This document shows, in pieces, positions 28,463 through 32,000 of a DNA stretch of 32,000 nucleotides. The translations under genes were made by a program, and so were the position numbers. The stretch lies in the NCBI RefSeq assembly GCF_900167395.1, contig NZ_FUWK01000002.1, positions 120,001 to 152,000 on the forward strand, given 5' to 3'. The notes beneath the pieces were generated by a model. It ran no database searches. It saw only the letters and a program-made list of their open reading frames with translations, and had not been told where the DNA came from. Origin of the DNA: Nitrosomonas europaea. Lineage in GTDB: Bacteria > Pseudomonadota > Gammaproteobacteria > Burkholderiales > Nitrosomonadaceae. The number at the start of each line of letters is the position of its first letter. The first letter of the stretch is position 1.

Positions 28463-29965
28463 TCAATCGGTGCGGGATTTGCTCATTCTTTTCTGCAGGA
28501 TCTTTAGTATCTCCTGCAGAAAATGCATTGACCAGGTCACACCAAAACCGGTAACTTCCGTACCCACCGCACCCAGTCCATCCTGATGACGGCAAGCAGA
28601 AAGATCCATGTGCAGCCAGGGAATATCATTCACAAAATGCCGCAGAAAACAGGCGGCAAGAATATGGTCAGCTTCGCTTTCTATAGTGCACTGTTTGATA
28701 TCAGCGATTTTACTGTCGAGATCAGCCTCGTAATCACTGTCCACCGGTAATACGCACACCCGCTCACCACTTGACCGGCCAACAGCCACCGCATTCTGCG
28801 CCAGATAATCCCGATTGGTGAAGACTCCGCTGTAACGTGATCCCAGCGCGGTAATCAGACTGCCCGTCAGCGTGGCGTAATCGATGATCAGATCCGGTTT
28901 TTCCCTGGCGGCAAGCGTCAGCGTATCAGCCAGCACCAGACGGCCTTCGGCGTCGGTATGAACGATTTCTATGGTCATACCATTCAGAGCGGTGATCACA
29001 TCGTTTTGCTTGAATGCCGCGGGACTGATGTGATTCTGTGCGATGGCAAGCCAGCAGTCGATATTGATCGGCAGATCGGCTCGCGTGGCTGCCAGCAGCA
29101 CACCGAGCGCCACTGCGGAACCATTCATATCCTCATGCATGCCATACATATAGCGTGCCGGTTTCAGATTATGACCGCCGGTATCGAAGCAGATCCCCTT
29201 CCCCACCAGCGCAATCGTTTTACCGGTTTCCCCGTGCCCTGCGGTTCTGCGCAAATGGACGATCGCTGCATCGTCCGTGAGGCTGCCCTGGGCAACGGCA
29301 CTGAATGCACCTGCTCCCAGTTCGCGCAATCGGGACAGCTCATATTCCTCATATTGCCAGTTCTCACTGGCGGCCAGCTTTCTGATCTGCTCGCGGTAAG
29401 TTCTGGGTGTCAGTTCATTAGGTGGCAGAATGGTCAATCCTCTGGCAAGAAAATTTCCCTCTGCCTGCGCACATTGCATGGCAAACCCGGTGGAATCCAC
29501 TATCCCGTGCAGGCAAATTCGCTCCAAAGGCTTATCGTCCGGCTTACGCTGCTTGCGTACCGGCAGAATTGCTCCATTGACCCAGGCAACATACACTGCA
29601 AGCTCAGCCAGATGACGCCTTTGAGCATCATCCCCATAAACAGCGAGATGGATTTCGGCCGGATGTTCATTCAGCAGCAATTGCATGGCCTTGCGCAGAC
29701 TGGTCTGCTGCTCGAACAGCGATCTACCGGGATCCACCATCACCCAGGCATACAACCCTCCATGCTGCAAACTGGCCGACAAAGGCGTTTCAGCCAGCCG
29801 GTTTACCGGTATACCCTGCCGTTGCAGCAAATCATTCAATACCTGCTCGGCAGGCAATTGATATTTCCCGGGGATTTTGTCTGTCTTGGGAAAGATAATC
29901 AGTAAGTGAGAAGTCCGGGTTGATTCGTCGAAAGTGTTATCGTTTTGTATAAGTGTGGCGAGCAT
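28463..29965 (-). CDS. M17-family leucyl aminopeptidase-like protein
   Basis: VGKGICFDTGGHNLKP, HTDAEGRLVLAD and LATLTGS are metal and active-site blocks of M17. The start is uncertain: ATG at 29965, ATG at 30010 or 30007, or TTG at 30016. Confidence 0.85.
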   Translation of the reverse strand: MLATLIQNDNTFDESTRTSHLLIIFPKTDKIPGKYQLPAEQVLNDLLQRQGIPVNRLAETPLSASLQHGGLYAWVMVDPGRSLFEQQTSLRKAMQLLLNEHPAEIHLAVYGDDAQRRHLAELAVYVAWVNGAILPVRKQRKPDDKPLERICLHGIVDSTGFAMQCAQAEGNFLARGLTILPPNELTPRTYREQIRKLAASENWQYEEYELSRLRELGAGAFSAVAQGSLTDDAAIVHLRRTAGHGETGKTIALVGKGICFDTGGHNLKPARYMYGMHEDMNGSAVALGVLLAATRADLPINIDCWLAIAQNHISPAAFKQNDVITALNGMTIEIVHTDAEGRLVLADTLTLAAREKPDLIIDYATLTGSLITALGSRYSGVFTNRDYLAQNAVAVGRSSGERVCVLPVDSDYEADLDSKIADIKQCTIESEADHILAACFLRHFVNDIPWLHMDLSACRHQDGLGAVGTEVTGFGVTWSMHFLQEILKILQKRMSKSRTD

Positions 29966-30063
29966 TGGTTTCCGGCCGGGTGGCACTCCCAAAAAGCCCA
30001 CCGGCATCATTGTCAAAATAACGTTGTATTATATCCGCTTGATTCACCCTTTCAGGATTATTC

Positions 30064-30858
30064 ATGTATCAGTACCTCGACCTGATGCGACATGTGTTGC
30101 AATACGGCCATAAAAAGAGTGATCGCACCGGCACCGGCACACTCTCCGTTTTTGGCTATCAGATGCGCTTTGATCTGCAAACGGGTTTTCCGCTGGTGAC
30201 AACCAAGAAATGTCATGTCAAATCGATCATTCATGAACTGCTATGGTTTCTGCGCGGCGAAACCAACATCGATTACCTGAAAAGAAACGGGGTTTCCATC
30301 TGGGATGAATGGGCAGATGAAAACGGTGATCTGGGCCCGATCTACGGCCATCAGTGGCGATCCTGGGCAGCTTCCGACGGCACTGTCATTGACCAGATAT
30401 CGCAAGTGATCCAGCAAATCAAAGAAACACCGGACTCACGCCGGATGATCGTCTCCGCATGGAATGTAGGTGATCTCGACAAAATGAAGCTCGCCCCCTG
30501 TCACGTACTGTTCCAGTTTTACGTGGCGGATGGCAGACTCTCCTGCCAGCTTTACCAGCGCAGTGCCGATATCTTTCTGGGCGTTCCCTTCAACATTGCC
30601 TCTTATTCACTGCTGACACTGATGATCGCACAATGTTGCGACCTGCAGCCCGGCGAATTCGTCCATACCTTTGGTGATGCGCATCTGTATCTGAACCACC
30701 TTGAACAGGCGCGGTTGCAACTGGAACGCGAACCCAGAGCACTCCCAGCCATGCAACTGAATTCAACAGTCAGAAATATCTTTGATTTCGGATACGAGGA
30801 TTTTACCTTGCACGATTATGATCCTTACCCGCCTATCAAGGCACCGGTGGCTGTATGA
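30064..30858 (+). CDS. thyA: thymidylate synthase
   Basis: 264 aa and nearly colinear with E. coli ThyA. DRTGTGT, the catalytic Cys in [11 protein letters not shown], and DAHLY are present. Confidence 0.97.
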   Translation: MYQYLDLMRHVLQYGHKKSDRTGTGTLSVFGYQMRFDLQTGFPLVTTKKCHVKSIIHELLWFLRGETNIDYLKRNGVSIWDEWADENGDLGPIYGHQWRSWAASDGTVIDQISQVIQQIKETPDSRRMIVSAWNVGDLDKMKLAPCHVLFQFYVADGRLSCQLYQRSADIFLGVPFNIASYSLLTLMIAQCCDLQPGEFVHTFGDAHLYLNHLEQARLQLEREPRALPAMQLNSTVRNIFDFGYEDFTLHDYDPYPPIKAPVAV

Positions 30859-31403
30859 CCATCCCGTCGCTTTCACCCCCCCGGCTGGCGATTCTGGCTG
30901 CTGTTTCAGCCAACCGGGTAATCGGGCTGAATAATACACTGCCTTGGCATCTGCCGGCTGATCTCAAGCATTTCAAGCAACTGACCACCGGCCAGATCGT
31001 CGTGATGGGGCGCCGGACGTTTGATTCGATTGGCAGGCCACTGCCTGATCGTACCAATGTCGTGCTCACCCGACAACGTCACTTTAATCAGCCCGGTATC
31101 CTCACGGCAGGTTCGATACAGGAAGTGCTGGAGCATTTTTGTGGTGACGATCGGCAGATCTTCATCATCGGTGGTGCTGAAATCTATCAGCAGACGTTGC
31201 CGTTCTGCCAGCGTTTATATCTGACCGAGATTCAGCAGGATTTCGCAGGAGATACTTTCTTTCCGGAGTATGATCGTGACAACTGGCGGGAGATCTCCCG
31301 TGAAATGCATCAGGCAACAGATAGCGGCATCGAATATCACTTCGTGGTACTGGACCGCAAGCAGCCGGTCAATGCAGGTGCCTGTTCGACAGATTTATCC
31401 TGA
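30855..31403 (+). CDS. folA: dihydrofolate reductase
   Basis: [41 protein letters not shown] and IIGGAEIY are present. It overlaps thyA as ATGA. It carries a short C-terminal extension. Confidence 0.93.
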   Translation: MTIPSLSPPRLAILAAVSANRVIGLNNTLPWHLPADLKHFKQLTTGQIVVMGRRTFDSIGRPLPDRTNVVLTRQRHFNQPGILTAGSIQEVLEHFCGDDRQIFIIGGAEIYQQTLPFCQRLYLTEIQQDFAGDTFFPEYDRDNWREISREMHQATDSGIEYHFVVLDRKQPVNAGACSTDLS

Positions 31404-31445
31404 CTTTGAACGGTATCGATCTCCCTGATCGGCGGTAAACGCTTA

Positions 31446-32000
31446 TCACAACGCCTTGCCTGCTTTTGGAGAAACCAGCGATTCAGCCTCGATTCGCACA
31501 TGCCATTTCTCCATCCACTCACCCAGCGCTTCGGCCGGCATCGGTCGCGAGATGAAATTACCCTGTGCCAGATCACAACCGGTCTGGCGCAGTAATTCCC
31601 AGTCTTCACGATCTTCCACCCCTTCGGCAACGGCTTCCATATTCAACTGCTTTGCCAGGGCCAGACTGGCATCATATATCGCGCGCAGTGTTTCATCGCC
31701 CGAGGCCCGATGTACGAACCCCTGATCGATCTTGAGTTCATCAAACGGAATATCCCGCAATTGTGTCAGTGAGGAATGGCCGGTACCAAAATCATCGATA
31801 GACAAATGAAAACGTTTCAGACGCAAGCGGGTTAAAATCTCCAGCGAGACACGCACATCCCCCATCAGCTGGCTTTCAGTGATTTCCAGTACGATTTTGC
31901 CGGGAAGAATTTCAGCCTCGGCAGCCAGCCTTACCACAGCATCCTGAAAATCGAGCGATGTCAGATTATCCATCGATACATTGACGGCCACTTTCAGCTC
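31446..32000 (-). CDS. canonical EAL-domain c-di-GMP phosphodiesterase, C-terminal part (5' end lies outside the window)
   Basis: The frame stays open to base 32000 (ELKVAVNVS...). The full catalytic set is visible: VNVS, EITES, SIDDFGTGHSSL, LKIDQGF, AEGVED and AQGNFISRP. Confidence 0.85.
   Translation of the reverse strand, partial: ELKVAVNVSMDNLTSLDFQDAVVRLAAEAEILPGKIVLEITESQLMGDVRVSLEILTRLRLKRFHLSIDDFGTGHSSLTQLRDIPFDELKIDQGFVHRASGDETLRAIYDASLALAKQLNMEAVAEGVEDREDWELLRQTGCDLAQGNFISRPMPAEALGEWMEKWHVRIEAESLVSPKAGKAL

Noticed and set aside
28958-29905. 315-aa ORF on the plus strand
   Set aside because: It lies entirely antisense to the M17 aminopeptidase gene, which has clear active-site motifs. 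Its own translation is low-complexity with no recognisable motifs, so it is a shadow ORF.
1-32000. Search for tRNA, rRNA, CRISPR arrays, IS elements, integrases and prophage genes
   Set aside because: The intergenic spaces are short, the longest being ~310 bp at 26870..27178. I saw no cloverleaf-like sequence, no spaced direct-repeat arrays and no transposase or functional integrase ORFs. The only integrase-like sequence is the degenerate domain fused to the Wzz-like protein.

Overview
The window is ordinary chromosomal DNA of roughly 50% GC by eye. Gene order and content look betaproteobacterial, possibly Nitrosomonadales-like, but I cannot verify that here. I found no rRNA, tRNA, CRISPR array or transposase. 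I call about 31 CDS. From left to right they are: an FNR-type reductase 3' fragment; the hemC-hemD-hemX-hemY operon (minus strand) divergent from ppc; an orphan Wzz-type chain-length-determinant protein with an odd C-terminal domain; a translationally coupled DUF2868 plus GTPase pair; a class-I glutamine amidotransferase; rpoH; and then a long co-directional sulfur block. That block reads: outer-membrane barrel, sbp, DUF2325, two degenerate EAL paralogues, cysT, cysW, cysA, serine acetyltransferase, a Family 2A-type encapsulin shell gene, an N-terminally extended SufS/CsdA-type cysteine desulfurase, and cysB. After it come a DUF2490 outer-membrane protein, DUF4389, an M17 aminopeptidase, thyA-folA and a canonical EAL protein cut by the right edge. 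The main finding is the shell gene (23328..24245) and its overlapping desulfurase gene (24232..25857). This looks like a desulfurase-loaded protein nanocompartment wired into a sulfate-uptake and CysB cluster. Secondary findings are the DUF2325 plus degenerate-EAL insert in the sulfate transporter operon, a Wzz protein fused to an inactive integrase-like domain, the GTPase/DUF2868 module, and a ~98-bp duplicated cysB 3' end bracketing the DUF2490 gene. All family assignments rest on motif reading and recall, not on database searches.
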